Shown here piece after piece: positions 28,129-38,156 of a stretch of 64,000 bases of DNA. The position numbers were made by a program, and so were the translations under genes. The DNA lies in IMG/VR virus record IMGVR_UViG_3300030390_000715, positions 32,001-96,000 of that record; one strand, 5' to 3'. The notes beneath the pieces were generated by a model. It saw only the letters and a list, made by a program, of their open reading frames with translations. It searched no databases and was not told where the DNA came from. This stretch comes from a virus. Numbering within the stretch: the stretch's first letter is position 1; every line of letters starts with the position of its first letter.

Positions 28129-29487
28129 ATGAACACCGAACACATTAATAGAATTGCTGACTTGTGGCGTAACATGCATACAGAAGCTAAAAAGCTCGAT
28201 CCAGTAGATGACAAGGCAAACGATAAAAAATTCAAAGATCGAAAAGACAAAGACATCGATAATGATGGTGATGTTGACGGTTCCGACAAGTTTCTGCATA
28301 AGAAGCGCAAAGCTATCGACAATGAGATTGATGGTGGTGAGAAGCCAGCGAAGAATGAGTCGACCGACCTTGATGAAGCAAAGGAACATACCTACACTGT
28401 AGTTCACGCTAAGAAAGGTAAGGTTGTAGTTAAAGCCCCCACCTCTTATGATGCCGCCATGAAAGCCGCCAAGGGATGGAAGTTGAAGTCTACGGCTGGT
28501 ATTGATTCTCACCTTATGGAAGAAACTCTTGACGAAGCGCAAGGCAAGTTAAATGCCAAAGGCGAGATCGAGATGACTGCGAAGAACTACGCCAAGGTTC
28601 ACAAAGACTTTAAGACCAAGATCAAAGGAACTTCTTATGCTATGCAGATAGATCCTAAGACTGGCGGTTCTGCACTGTTTCCTGTTACGTTCATCAAAGA
28701 ATCGGTCGAAGAAGCTTGTGGTGATGACAAGAAGATGATGAAAAAAGAAGACGATGCTGATGCAAAGATGACTGCTTGTTCTGATTGCGATGGATCTACT
28801 GACAATCACGACGAGGAATGCCCTACTAGTGGCTCAAAGAAGAAGCCAAAGAAGGGTGAGGACGATGATAAAGACCTCGAAGAAGCGGCTGAAGCATCTA
28901 ATTGGAATGTTCAGATACCCAAGCAAACTATCTCCGGCAAGACCGTAGGTGGTGGTAAGCAAGGTATCGTCGTTAAAGCAAAAACTGCTCGTCAAGCAAT
29001 CAGCATGGCAGCCAGACGTTTGGCTGTTGATTTCAAGATGCTTAGAGTCGGTAAGGTAATTAAAGAGGGGAAAGTTAATATGAAAGAGAATGCGGTTACA
29101 CATGCGAAACATGGTTACGGTGAAATTCTTCAGCGTACCGCTGAAGGCGTAGATGTCATGTTTGAACATGGTGTTGAGATGGGAATGGACGAGTCTGAGC
29201 TAATAGGTATTCTAGAGAAGAGTGCTACAGGTAGTCAGAAGCAAGCTAAAAATGTTCCTGGTGCTGGTGGCGAGAAGCATGGCGAAACGGCTTCTGCTGG
29301 TGAGAAAGCGTTTGCAAAAGGTTTAGGAAAAGATGGCGAGTCTGTCGGCACTGAAGAAGAAGATGGTGTCAATGACGTTAATAAAGCCTCTCGCGTAAAG
29401 GGTCAAGCACCTACGCGTGGTAGTGAGCCTCGAATTGGCGACAAAGCTATTGTTAAGCCAGTAACTGATCCTTCGAAGGGGAAATAA
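28129..29487 (+). CDS. Putative internal head/prohead core-like protein
   Basis: Highly charged; many LDE/VEE/IKE motifs; DxDxDGDxD loop. Confidence 0.55.
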   Translation: MNTEHINRIADLWRNMHTEAKKLDPVDDKANDKKFKDRKDKDIDNDGDVDGSDKFLHKKRKAIDNEIDGGEKPAKNESTDLDEAKEHTYTVVHAKKGKVVVKAPTSYDAAMKAAKGWKLKSTAGIDSHLMEETLDEAQGKLNAKGEIEMTAKNYAKVHKDFKTKIKGTSYAMQIDPKTGGSALFPVTFIKESVEEACGDDKKMMKKEDDADAKMTACSDCDGSTDNHDEECPTSGSKKKPKKGEDDDKDLEEAAEASNWNVQIPKQTISGKTVGGGKQGIVVKAKTARQAISMAARRLAVDFKMLRVGKVIKEGKVNMKENAVTHAKHGYGEILQRTAEGVDVMFEHGVEMGMDESELIGILEKSATGSQKQAKNVPGAGGEKHGETASAGEKAFAKGLGKDGESVGTEEEDGVNDVNKASRVKGQAPTRGSEPRIGDKAIVKPVTDPSKGK

Positions 29488-29488
29488 G

Positions 29489-29764
29489 ATGATTAAAGGA
29501 CCAAGCAGATCAACACCTACAACACGTGGTTGGATATGTGATCGTACAGGCGAACTACTCAAGTCACAGCGAATAACACCCGATCAAATTTCAGAGTGGC
29601 ATGGCATGCCAGCTGTTGGTCAAGTACAGACATTGCATGAAGCACCTTATCAGGAAATTGCAATTGCAAAAGATGACTTAACGCACTACGAACTTAAAGA
29701 GCAAGAAGAGGAAGCGCCTAAACTTGGTCTTCTTGATACGTTCTTTGGTAAGCTATCCAAGTGA
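29489..29764 (+). CDS. Conserved hypothetical protein
   Basis: PTxRGW...GELL motif. Confidence 0.55.
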   Translation: MIKGPSRSTPTTRGWICDRTGELLKSQRITPDQISEWHGMPAVGQVQTLHEAPYQEIAIAKDDLTHYELKEQEEEAPKLGLLDTFFGKLSK

Positions 29765-30024
29765 CCGAAAAAGAAACCAAGCCTTCATTCGCTGAAAGGC
29801 AGATTGTATGGGCTGATAAGATGCGCGAAACACAGCGCAGAATGGCTTGGTTTTCTTTGTATGGTATGTTGTTATATCCGGTCACTCTAATTATATTAGA
29901 TGTACTGGGTAGAAAAGTTGCGATAGAGGCTCTAGTCGATATCGCTCCTACGTATTTCGTATCCGTAGCCGCGATTATAGCCGCATATTATACTAAAGAA
30001 GCTATTATCGAGAGATCGAAATAA
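29761..30024 (+). CDS. Two-TM membrane protein (holin-like)
   Basis: QRRMAWFSL plus two hydrophobic helices. Confidence 0.5.
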   Translation: MTEKETKPSFAERQIVWADKMRETQRRMAWFSLYGMLLYPVTLIILDVLGRKVAIEALVDIAPTYFVSVAAIIAAYYTKEAIIERSK

Positions 30025-30063
30025 ACACTATATACTGTTATAATCCTAAAGTATATCGAGCAT

Positions 30064-30432
30064 ATGAAATTTTTTGAGACACTAGACGAAAGCACGTTCA
30101 CTATTTTCGCGGCACATCATTACCAAAATCCAACATGCATTGATGCAGATGAATTTTACGAAGATATTAAGCGTTTCAAGTATATAAAACGTCTAGTCAA
30201 TAGACACCTCGAAGGTGGTAAGCTATCAGTCCATCTTATATTGAATCACTTGATCGTAGTCTTTAATGTGTTTGGTAATGGTGCAGGATTAAAGATGTTA
30301 GAGTATAAGCTAGAGGAACGGCATTGGTCAACGATCAAACCATTCATAATCTATCTTAGAATCGTCACAAACGAAAAATATACTGGTGTCGAAATGGACG
30401 CTGAAGTTGTCGAAGGGTTGAGAAAAATATGA
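30064..30432 (+). CDS. Conserved T4-like phage hypothetical protein
   Basis: YxNPxC...FYEDIKRFKYIKRL...LILNHLI. Confidence 0.7.
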   Translation: MKFFETLDESTFTIFAAHHYQNPTCIDADEFYEDIKRFKYIKRLVNRHLEGGKLSVHLILNHLIVVFNVFGNGAGLKMLEYKLEERHWSTIKPFIIYLRIVTNEKYTGVEMDAEVVEGLRKI

Positions 30433-31016
30433 GTCTAGCAAGTAAAGCTGGTGATCTGCTATACACGTTTCGCTTTCTAAAGATGTTAACCACACCTTGG
30501 GAAGAATCGGACGCGTTTAAGCTTGGGCTTATTGACGAGAATGGCAAACGTGTAAAAAGTGTGAAGATGGATTCTAAAGAGAAAAAACTCGCGCTAGGTC
30601 CTTTTGTTCGATTAGTGTTTAATCTTAAACGCGCTCTCAATAAAGTGCCCGGAGGCAAGACAACACTGGGTAGCTATGCGGCGGCTCTATTTCTACTCAA
30701 AGAACACTATGATATCAGCGACAAGAATATTAAAAAGATATTAGATACCGCGGGAGTTGATCCTCTTGATCTCATTAGCGAAGATCATTCTTGGTACATA
30801 CTTAATAACGGATGCCTCTCACCAGGAATATATCGAGTCAAAGAAGAAAAAGTTCTTGCTACCGGACTCGAAGACGTTGTTAATGCCAAAGATCAAATTC
30901 GTGTCAATGAATCAGCGCACCCAATAGGCGAAGTATTAGGCTTGCATGTTTTCGAAGCATATCATCTAAACACTCATAAGAGGGTGTACGTCACCGTCGG
31001 AGAAATCTACAAATGA
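30429..31016 (+). CDS. Conserved T4-like phage hypothetical protein
   Basis: YTFRFLKML..PW...GLID..G, RLVFNLKR, YAAALFLLKE. Confidence 0.7.
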   Translation: MSLASKAGDLLYTFRFLKMLTTPWEESDAFKLGLIDENGKRVKSVKMDSKEKKLALGPFVRLVFNLKRALNKVPGGKTTLGSYAAALFLLKEHYDISDKNIKKILDTAGVDPLDLISEDHSWYILNNGCLSPGIYRVKEEKVLATGLEDVVNAKDQIRVNESAHPIGEVLGLHVFEAYHLNTHKRVYVTVGEIYK

Positions 31017-31195
31017 AAAAGTTCAATGATTACGTAATCCCATCCATAAAAGAAGAACCTACAATGACAACCGGACCTGGTATTGCAGGAACAAGTGATG
31101 GCGATACTGCTGATTGGATGCATGGTAAGAAGAAAAAACCTCTCACCCGAAGATTCATCGAGATCATGGGTAAAAGAAAAAAACTCGTAAAATAG
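31013..31195 (+). CDS. Small protein with capsid-targeting-like leader
   Basis: MKKFNDYV...IKEE. Confidence 0.5.
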   Translation: MKKFNDYVIPSIKEEPTMTTGPGIAGTSDGDTADWMHGKKKKPLTRRFIEIMGKRKKLVK

Positions 31196-31279
31196 TAAAA
31201 TAAATCTAGATATTCTCGTTTTTATGGTGTATACTTACGCTATATAATTCCACTAACCCTAAATAAAAGAGAAAGGTAA

Positions 31280-33286
31280 ATGCCCGTAAAAATTGATAAA
31301 AATCGCGATGAATTATTAAAAGATTATGCTGTAGGAATGTTGCGCGATTTCTATATGACAGACAAAGAAACCTCACCACAGCAAGCCTATCGAAGAGCCG
31401 CAAGAGCATGGTCTTGTTACGAGGGTCAAATGGACGAAGCCCTAGCACAACGCTTATATGACTATGTTTCGAAAAAGTGGTTTATGTTCGCTTCCCCAGT
31501 TTTATCGAATGCGCCTGAAATGAGTAACGGTCTGTCTCCAAAGGGTATGCCTATATCATGTTTCTTGACATATGTTCCAGATACATTAGAGGGCTTGATT
31601 AGTCACACTTCTGAACTACGTTGGTTATCTGTTTATGGGGGTGGAGTTGGCGGACACTGGAGTGCTGTTCGGACTGTATCAGACGTAGCACCTGGTCCTA
31701 TGCCTTTTCTACATACAGTTGATGCAGACATGATCGCTTATAGACAAGGTAAAACGAGAAAGGGTTCATACGCGGCTTATATGGACATCTCTCACCCAGA
31801 CATTATCGAATTCTTAAATATGCGCGTACCTACAGGTGACGTACAGCGTAAAGCACTAAACCTTCATAACGCTATTAATATCACTGATGAATTCATGGAG
31901 GCGGTGCGATTCAATTACGAGTTTGCATTGCGTGATCCTAAAGACAACGGTATAAAGGAGATGATCAACGCTCGAAAGACTTGGGAACGTATTCTGGAAA
32001 TTCGCTTCAGAACAGGCGAACCCTATCTAAACTTTATTGATACTGCTAATCGCGATCTACCTCAACCACTGAAAGACTTGGGGCTGAAGATTAATGGTTC
32101 AAACCTATGTAACGAAATTCACTTACCTACTGATGCAGAAAGAACCGCTGTTTGTTGTCTCTCTTCATTAAATCTGGAGTACTATGATGAATGGAAAGAT
32201 ACCTCTATTGTTCGTGATCTTATCCGTATGCTTGATAACGTCCTGCAATACTTTATCGACAACGCTCCAGATACAATTGAAAGAGCGAAGTTTAGTGCGG
32301 GTCGGGAACGAAGCATTGGTCTGGGAGCCATGGGGTTCCACTCCCTACTGCAAAAACAGTCTGTTGCTTGGGAATCACAAACCGCAAAGGAGATTAATCA
32401 AGTTGTGTTTCAGCACATTAATTCCGAAGCGCACAAAGAGACTGAACTTCTCGCTCAAGAAAGAGGAGAATATCCAGACGGAATCGGCAGTGGAAAGCGA
32501 AACTCACACTTGTTGGCAATCGCGCCCAACGCCAGTAGTGGTGTTATCTTGTCAACGTCACCTTCGATTGAACCCCTAAAAGCATGTGCATATACGCACA
32601 GAACCCGCGCAGGTTCTTTCTTAGTTAAAAACATCTATCTTGACAGTCTCTTGACTGAGATTGGGCATAATAATGACGCGATATGGACATCTATTATCAC
32701 AAACAAAGGATCTGTTCAACATCTACCTATTCTTAACGAAGGGCAGAAAGCCATATTCAAAACTGCGCAAGAGCTTGATCAGAACTGGGTCATAGAACAT
32801 GCCGCTAACAGGCAGAAGTATATTTGCCAAGGGCAATCTGTCAACGTATTCTTTCCAGCCGGTGCTGATAAGGACTATGTCAATTCTGTACACTTGAATG
32901 CTTGGATAAAAGGATTAAAAGGATTGTACTATCTACGCACAGAAGCTAAAAATCGTGCGGAGAATGTGTCCGAGAAAGTAGAACGCGTAGCTCTTTCTGG
33001 TGATATGCGAAGCATTGTATACAGCAAGCCTGGGTGCCCGTTCTGTACGTTAGCTGAAGAAGAATTAAAACTTCGAGGTATCTCTTTTGATAAGATATGT
33101 CTAAAAGAAATAGGAAAGACTGCGGCTGAAGTCACAGGCAGAAACGTCAAGACAGTTCCACAAATATATATTGCAGGCGAGTATGTTGGTGGTTATGATG
33201 ATCTTATGGTCCACTTGACAGCCGATCTTGAAGCTGATACAATATCCATAGACGAAGATAATGAGTGCCGAGCCTGCGAAGGGTAG
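31280..33286 (+). CDS. nrdA: Class I ribonucleotide reductase alpha subunit with inserted glutaredoxin domain
   Basis: ISCF, GSNLCNE, VCCL, APNASS, LYYLR; CPFC...TVPQI..GGY Grx domain; terminal CRACEG. Confidence 0.95.
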   Translation: MPVKIDKNRDELLKDYAVGMLRDFYMTDKETSPQQAYRRAARAWSCYEGQMDEALAQRLYDYVSKKWFMFASPVLSNAPEMSNGLSPKGMPISCFLTYVPDTLEGLISHTSELRWLSVYGGGVGGHWSAVRTVSDVAPGPMPFLHTVDADMIAYRQGKTRKGSYAAYMDISHPDIIEFLNMRVPTGDVQRKALNLHNAINITDEFMEAVRFNYEFALRDPKDNGIKEMINARKTWERILEIRFRTGEPYLNFIDTANRDLPQPLKDLGLKINGSNLCNEIHLPTDAERTAVCCLSSLNLEYYDEWKDTSIVRDLIRMLDNVLQYFIDNAPDTIERAKFSAGRERSIGLGAMGFHSLLQKQSVAWESQTAKEINQVVFQHINSEAHKETELLAQERGEYPDGIGSGKRNSHLLAIAPNASSGVILSTSPSIEPLKACAYTHRTRAGSFLVKNIYLDSLLTEIGHNNDAIWTSIITNKGSVQHLPILNEGQKAIFKTAQELDQNWVIEHAANRQKYICQGQSVNVFFPAGADKDYVNSVHLNAWIKGLKGLYYLRTEAKNRAENVSEKVERVALSGDMRSIVYSKPGCPFCTLAEEELKLRGISFDKICLKEIGKTAAEVTGRNVKTVPQIYIAGEYVGGYDDLMVHLTADLEADTISIDEDNECRACEG

Positions 33287-33320
33287 GTCATAAACAACAA
33301 ACAAATTAAAAGGAAACGCC

Positions 33321-34295
33321 GTGTCATTACTAGCATTCAGCAAAACGTACAAGCCATTTTTATATCCATGGGCAGTGGAGTTAACAACGAAGCATGAAGA
33401 GATTCATTGGGTTGAGTCCGAAGCGGAGTTATCCGAAGATATTCAAGATTGGAAAACTAAGCTTTCAGTCGAGGAGAAAGAGTTTATCACTCAAGTACTG
33501 AGACTATTCACGCAGTCTGATGTCCAGGTAGGCGAAAACTACCACGAACTATTGATACCCAAGTTCAAAAATAACGAAATTCGTAACATGTTATCATCGT
33601 TCGCTAACAGGGAAGGCGTTCACCAACGTGCCTATGCGCTCCTGAACGATACTTTGGGGCTACCTGACGAAGAACATTCTGCATTCTTAGAATACCAAGA
33701 AATGGCTGATAAAATCGATTTCATGAAACAGGGCGATATTAATTCACATACAGGACTTGCTCTAGTACTTGCACAGTCGGTGTTCAACGAAGGCATGTCA
33801 TTGTTCGCCTCGTTTGTAATGCTACTTAATTTTCAGCGTTTTGGTAAGATGAAAGGTATGGGCACAATCGTCGAGTGGTCTATTCGAGACGAGACAATAC
33901 ACGTTCAAGGTAACGCAAAACTATTCCGCGAATTCTGTCAAGAACATCCTCGAATCGTGAATGACGAACTGAAGTCGAAGATATACGAGATGGCAAAGAA
34001 CTCTGTTAAGCTAGAAGATCGATTCATTAAGCTTGCATATAAGGGAGCTGAGATCGAAGGTCTAAGTGAAGCTGATGTTAAACAATATATTCGACATATT
34101 GCTGATCGTCGTTTGCTACAGCTAGGAATGAAGCCCAACTTCAAAGCAAAAGATAATCCATTGCCATGGCTCGATTGGGTATTGAACGGTGCTTCTCATG
34201 ACAATTTCTTTGAGAAACGTGTTACAGAATATTCAGTCAACGGCATGGAAGGTGATTGGGGTTGGGAAACACCACTAATGGACGTAACCCAATGA
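33321..34295 (+). CDS. nrdB: Ribonucleotide reductase beta subunit
   Basis: FTQSD, REGVHQRAY, RDETIH, NFFEKRVTEY. Confidence 0.95.
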   Translation: MSLLAFSKTYKPFLYPWAVELTTKHEEIHWVESEAELSEDIQDWKTKLSVEEKEFITQVLRLFTQSDVQVGENYHELLIPKFKNNEIRNMLSSFANREGVHQRAYALLNDTLGLPDEEHSAFLEYQEMADKIDFMKQGDINSHTGLALVLAQSVFNEGMSLFASFVMLLNFQRFGKMKGMGTIVEWSIRDETIHVQGNAKLFREFCQEHPRIVNDELKSKIYEMAKNSVKLEDRFIKLAYKGAEIEGLSEADVKQYIRHIADRRLLQLGMKPNFKAKDNPLPWLDWVLNGASHDNFFEKRVTEYSVNGMEGDWGWETPLMDVTQ

Positions 34296-34483
34296 GTATA
34301 ATCTTAGAAGAACGACGAAGATTCTTTACCGACTGCGGGATTTGCGAAAGCCAAACACTCGTCGAGGTAATCAATGTTGACGAAGAAGTAGTTTTCTGTC
34401 CAATGTGTGGAACTGAAGCTCTAACAACCGAAGTAGATCAAGACGAAATGTCCGAAGTAGATAGAGCCGAAACAGAACTGTAA
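34256..34483 (+). CDS. Small Zn-ribbon protein
   Basis: CGIC...CPMC. Confidence 0.55.
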   Translation: MGLGNTTNGRNPMSIILEERRRFFTDCGICESQTLVEVINVDEEVVFCPMCGTEALTTEVDQDEMSEVDRAETEL

Positions 34484-34592
34484 AGCTTCTAAGTGCTACC
34501 TTAGGATAGACCTGAGCATGTCGACTGTCAATTACACCTAAACTGCTCACTTTATAACGACTAAATAGTTTCATCTTAATAGGTGATACTAC

Positions 34593-36185
34593 ATGAAACC
34601 ATCGATATGCCTCTATGAGGGTCATGACACTAACATAACGGTGTATGACCCCAACACCAATTCTTTCTATATCTATGAGTTTGAACGCGTCTCGGGTGTT
34701 AAACATCATAACGTCAAAGAAATAAAAGACCTACCTACGCAAAAACACACTGATTGTATCAATCAAATTCTAGATCATCTACTCGAAGTCCATGGCATTG
34801 AAAATGATTTCGAAACATTCATATTTAAACCTCTTTTTTGGGATCTATCGTATATCGACCGATCCGCTATAAAAGCTGATACTATCACATTCTCGGCTAT
34901 CGATCATCATGACGCGCATTCGTGGTGTGCCTATGCACAATCACCCTTTGATAAAGCCGCTAGTATTAGTTGGGATGGATGGGGCGATAACACCTCATTC
35001 AAGTATTCTTGTTTCGACGGAATGAATCGTTATGGCGTAGAATCGAAAGCAAGCTATAAATTTTCTAACATATACACCGCAGTGGGGCTATGCATATCAT
35101 ATCTACATGGTACGTATGCACTCGACGTTCCGGGTAAGTTAATGGGGCTAACAGCATACGGAGAAACTAACGACGATTACGTCCGTTTATTCAAGCGAAG
35201 TATGCTAAGTGAATCACACATCGCGCCTTTAGAGGACTTGATACCAAAATTGCCTATCATTAATTATAGAGAAGTATCTGTAAGTGAAAAGGCTGATAAA
35301 CTCCACGCATTCAATATCGCTAAGTCTGTACAGGTCGCGTTCGAAGATGGTATCGTCGAAACTATACGTGACGAATTTATGCCTATGATTTCAAAACATG
35401 GAAATAATCTTATCATGTCAGGCGGCAATGCGTTAAATGTATTAGCTAACGAGAGAATAAAGCGAGAGTTTCCTGAGGTGAATATCTACATACCGCCTAA
35501 CACTCATGACGGAGGGTTAAGCTTTGGTATTCTATACGAGCATTTACAAAGGAACGAATTCAGCCGCTCCTATAAATACGATGTGACTCGATCAGGACCA
35601 AGACTGTTCGACTATCTCGATATACCTCGAATCGTTCAAGAGAGACGAGCCAAGAAAGTTTCTGTAGATGATATCACAACATTATTAAAAGATCAAAAGA
35701 TCATAGGAATGTGTATCGGTAATATGGAAGTTGGTCCTAGAGCGTTGGGCAATCGTTCTATACTATGTGATGCTTCTAATCCCAAGATGAAAGATACCCT
35801 TAATTGTCGGGTCAAGTTTCGAGAGTGGTTTAGACCGTTCGCGCCAATATGCAGAAAAGAGGATGCACACAAATACTTCTACTCACCTAACTTCGAAAAC
35901 ATGGAATGTATGCAATTCGTCGCTGATGTGTTACCTGAACATAGAACGTCTTTGTTCTCGGTAACACACTATGATGACACTGCCAGGCTTCAGGTAGTGA
36001 CGCCTAAGAGCAACAAACCAATACATGACATACTTACTGCATTCGATGGGGTGCTTATAAACACTTCCTTCAATGTCCAGGGCAAACCTATACTTAATAG
36101 ACTATCGGATGCGCTCGATGTGCTGAGAGACACTGGGCTTGATCATGTGGTGGTTGAATACGAACAAGAATACTACTTATTCTAG
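34593..36185 (+). CDS. Carbamoyltransferase (NodU/CmcH/TobZ family)
   Basis: GHD, ER, HHDAH, DGWGD, GKLMGL..YG, GPRALGNRS, REWFRPFAP, NTSFN. Confidence 0.92.
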   Translation: MKPSICLYEGHDTNITVYDPNTNSFYIYEFERVSGVKHHNVKEIKDLPTQKHTDCINQILDHLLEVHGIENDFETFIFKPLFWDLSYIDRSAIKADTITFSAIDHHDAHSWCAYAQSPFDKAASISWDGWGDNTSFKYSCFDGMNRYGVESKASYKFSNIYTAVGLCISYLHGTYALDVPGKLMGLTAYGETNDDYVRLFKRSMLSESHIAPLEDLIPKLPIINYREVSVSEKADKLHAFNIAKSVQVAFEDGIVETIRDEFMPMISKHGNNLIMSGGNALNVLANERIKREFPEVNIYIPPNTHDGGLSFGILYEHLQRNEFSRSYKYDVTRSGPRLFDYLDIPRIVQERRAKKVSVDDITTLLKDQKIIGMCIGNMEVGPRALGNRSILCDASNPKMKDTLNCRVKFREWFRPFAPICRKEDAHKYFYSPNFENMECMQFVADVLPEHRTSLFSVTHYDDTARLQVVTPKSNKPIHDILTAFDGVLINTSFNVQGKPILNRLSDALDVLRDTGLDHVVVEYEQEYYLF

Positions 36186-36199
36186 GAGCTATATACTGC

Positions 36200-36613
36200 A
36201 TGTGGAATTATAACGAAGAAGAGTTTGATCCGAGCGAAGAGTTTCTAAAAGACTATGTGGGCTTTGTGTATCGTATCACCGAGAAAGATACTGGTAGAAT
36301 GTATATTGGTAAGAAACTGTTCTGGAGACCCAAGACTCTGCCCGTCAATAAAACGAGAAAGCGTAAAGTTAAATTGAAGGTAATATCAGATTGGCAGAAA
36401 TACTACGGTTCGAGTGAACATCTCAAAGAGTCTATTGCAAGAACTGGTGTCGATAATTACCATCGCGAGATACTAAAATTATGTAGAACAAAGGGCGAAT
36501 GCTCATACTATGAGGCTAAAATGCAGTTTGAGAATGATGTTCTGTTAGACGATATGTATTATAACGCATTCATAGGATGTAAAATTCACGCGAAGCATTT
36601 ACCTAAAGATTAA
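36200..36613 (+). CDS. GIY-YIG-like nuclease family protein
   Basis: GFVYRIT...MYIGKK, YYGSS, YYN. Confidence 0.7.
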   Translation: MWNYNEEEFDPSEEFLKDYVGFVYRITEKDTGRMYIGKKLFWRPKTLPVNKTRKRKVKLKVISDWQKYYGSSEHLKESIARTGVDNYHREILKLCRTKGECSYYEAKMQFENDVLLDDMYYNAFIGCKIHAKHLPKD

Positions 36614-36663
36614 ATAACACTAAATAAGAGTATAATTTTAAACTCACATTCACGGAAGCAAAC

Positions 36664-37347
36664 ATGTTAAAGTTCTCTCAATATCTAGACGAAGGCGTAA
36701 ATGATCCTGCTATATTTAAAGCGGTATTTCTAGCGGGTGGACCAGGTTCGGGTAAATCATTTATAGTAGGAAAGACTGGATTAACTTCTATGGGCTATAG
36801 AGTTAGTAATTCCGATGATGCATTCGAAGCGGGCTTAAAGAAAGCAGGATTAGAGATGAATCCCGAAAATATATTCTCTGTCAAAGGGCAAGAGCTTCGA
36901 GGTAAAGCGACCGCTATAACTGGTACTAGACAAACAATGTATATTAAGGGTCGTTTAGGTCTAGTTATCGATGGCACAGGCAAGAACATGGATAAAATGA
37001 AACAGCAAGCGAAGGATCTCAAAAAGCTTGGATATGACGTAGCTATGGTTTTTGTCAATACTGACCTAGAAACTGCTATGACCAGAAATCGTAATAGAGC
37101 GAGAAAGCTTCCTGATGATATGGTTAAATCTTATTGGCAAGAGATTCAAAACAATATAGGCGCATTTCAAGCTTTGTTTGGTAAAAAGAACTTTCTTGTT
37201 GTTGATAATTCAGACGGTAAAGACTACAATAAGGAAACTCTTCGTGCGTACAAAGATGTACGAAAGTTCACTGAACGAGCTCCTGAGAACCGTACAGCGA
37301 TCAAATGGATTAAATCTGAGAAAAAGAAAAGAAATATAAAGAAATAG
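36664..37347 (+). CDS. Zeta-toxin/AAA_33-like P-loop kinase
   Basis: LAGGPGSGKS, VIDGTG, RNxxR. Confidence 0.75.
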   Translation: MLKFSQYLDEGVNDPAIFKAVFLAGGPGSGKSFIVGKTGLTSMGYRVSNSDDAFEAGLKKAGLEMNPENIFSVKGQELRGKATAITGTRQTMYIKGRLGLVIDGTGKNMDKMKQQAKDLKKLGYDVAMVFVNTDLETAMTRNRNRARKLPDDMVKSYWQEIQNNIGAFQALFGKKNFLVVDNSDGKDYNKETLRAYKDVRKFTERAPENRTAIKWIKSEKKKRNIKK

Positions 37348-37348
37348 C

Positions 37349-37377
37349 TTGACAACAATCTAGTGTCCTGATATAAT
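37349..37377 (+). promoter_or_regulatory. sigma70 promoter
   Basis: TTGACA-17-TATAAT. Confidence 0.75.
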
Positions 37378-37437
37378 GCACTTAGAGAAAAAACAATGAT
37401 TGAACTGATTAACAACTAAAGGAAGTTAAGGTACCCT

Positions 37438-37872
37438 ATGAACAAAAGTAAACGCTTAGAAATCTTTGAGATACTAGAAGTATTCGCTAAAACAAAATCT
37501 AAAGCAGACAAGATTGCGCTCCTCCGTGAACATAATATTATGGCACTTAGAGATGTCCTCCAAGGAACTTTCGATCCCGCTATTCAATGGAATCTGCCCG
37601 AAGGCAAACCCCCATATATAGAGAATGAAAATCATAATGCTCCTTCGACATTACTTAGACAACATAGATATTTTAAATACTTTGTCAAAGGTGTTCATGA
37701 AAGCGAGAAGCTAACGAGAGTTAAACGAGAGAAAATGTTCATTGAATTACTCGAAGCTGTTCACCCCGAAGATTCTAAAATCCTACTAGCTATGGTGTCT
37801 AAGAAAAGCCCTGTTAAAGGTCTTACTCTAAAAATCGTAACAGAGGCATTACCCGATTTGATAAGTAAATAA
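37438..37872 (+). CDS. Conserved T4-like phage protein (DUF6433-like)
   Basis: W-LPEG-PPY, KRE-MFI-LLE-VHP. Confidence 0.7.
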   Translation: MNKSKRLEIFEILEVFAKTKSKADKIALLREHNIMALRDVLQGTFDPAIQWNLPEGKPPYIENENHNAPSTLLRQHRYFKYFVKGVHESEKLTRVKREKMFIELLEAVHPEDSKILLAMVSKKSPVKGLTLKIVTEALPDLISK

Positions 37873-38156
37873 ATTATATTATGTGAATTATAACTAAAAC
37901 CCCCGAAGGAGTACGTCTATGGTAGAAGCATACAGTACAACGAGAATAGGGAAGCGCGATATGCGCGGACTTGGTAATTACATTCACAAACTTAAATCTA
38001 AGGGTAAGACTGACAAAGCCTATAAGATTGCGAGACAACAATTGAAGGCTAATACTCAATTCGAGTATACAACACAGACAAGGGGGTGATCATCTAGGCT
38101 ACAGGCTCAAGGATGAGTCGTAGTCCCTCTTATACATAATATAAAGGTATAACACT

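Noticed and set aside
31280-34295. Introns or inteins in nrdA/nrdB
   Set aside because: ORFs are continuous and of normal length; the only insert is the glutaredoxin domain
36200-36613. GIY-YIG-like ORF as a mobile homing endonuclease
   Set aside because: Short, lacks DNA-binding repeat domains, is not within an intron, and resembles a conserved resident family
36664-37347. Zeta-like kinase as a toxin-antitoxin pair
   Set aside because: No evident antitoxin partner; similar P-loop proteins are common stand-alone genes in T4-like phages
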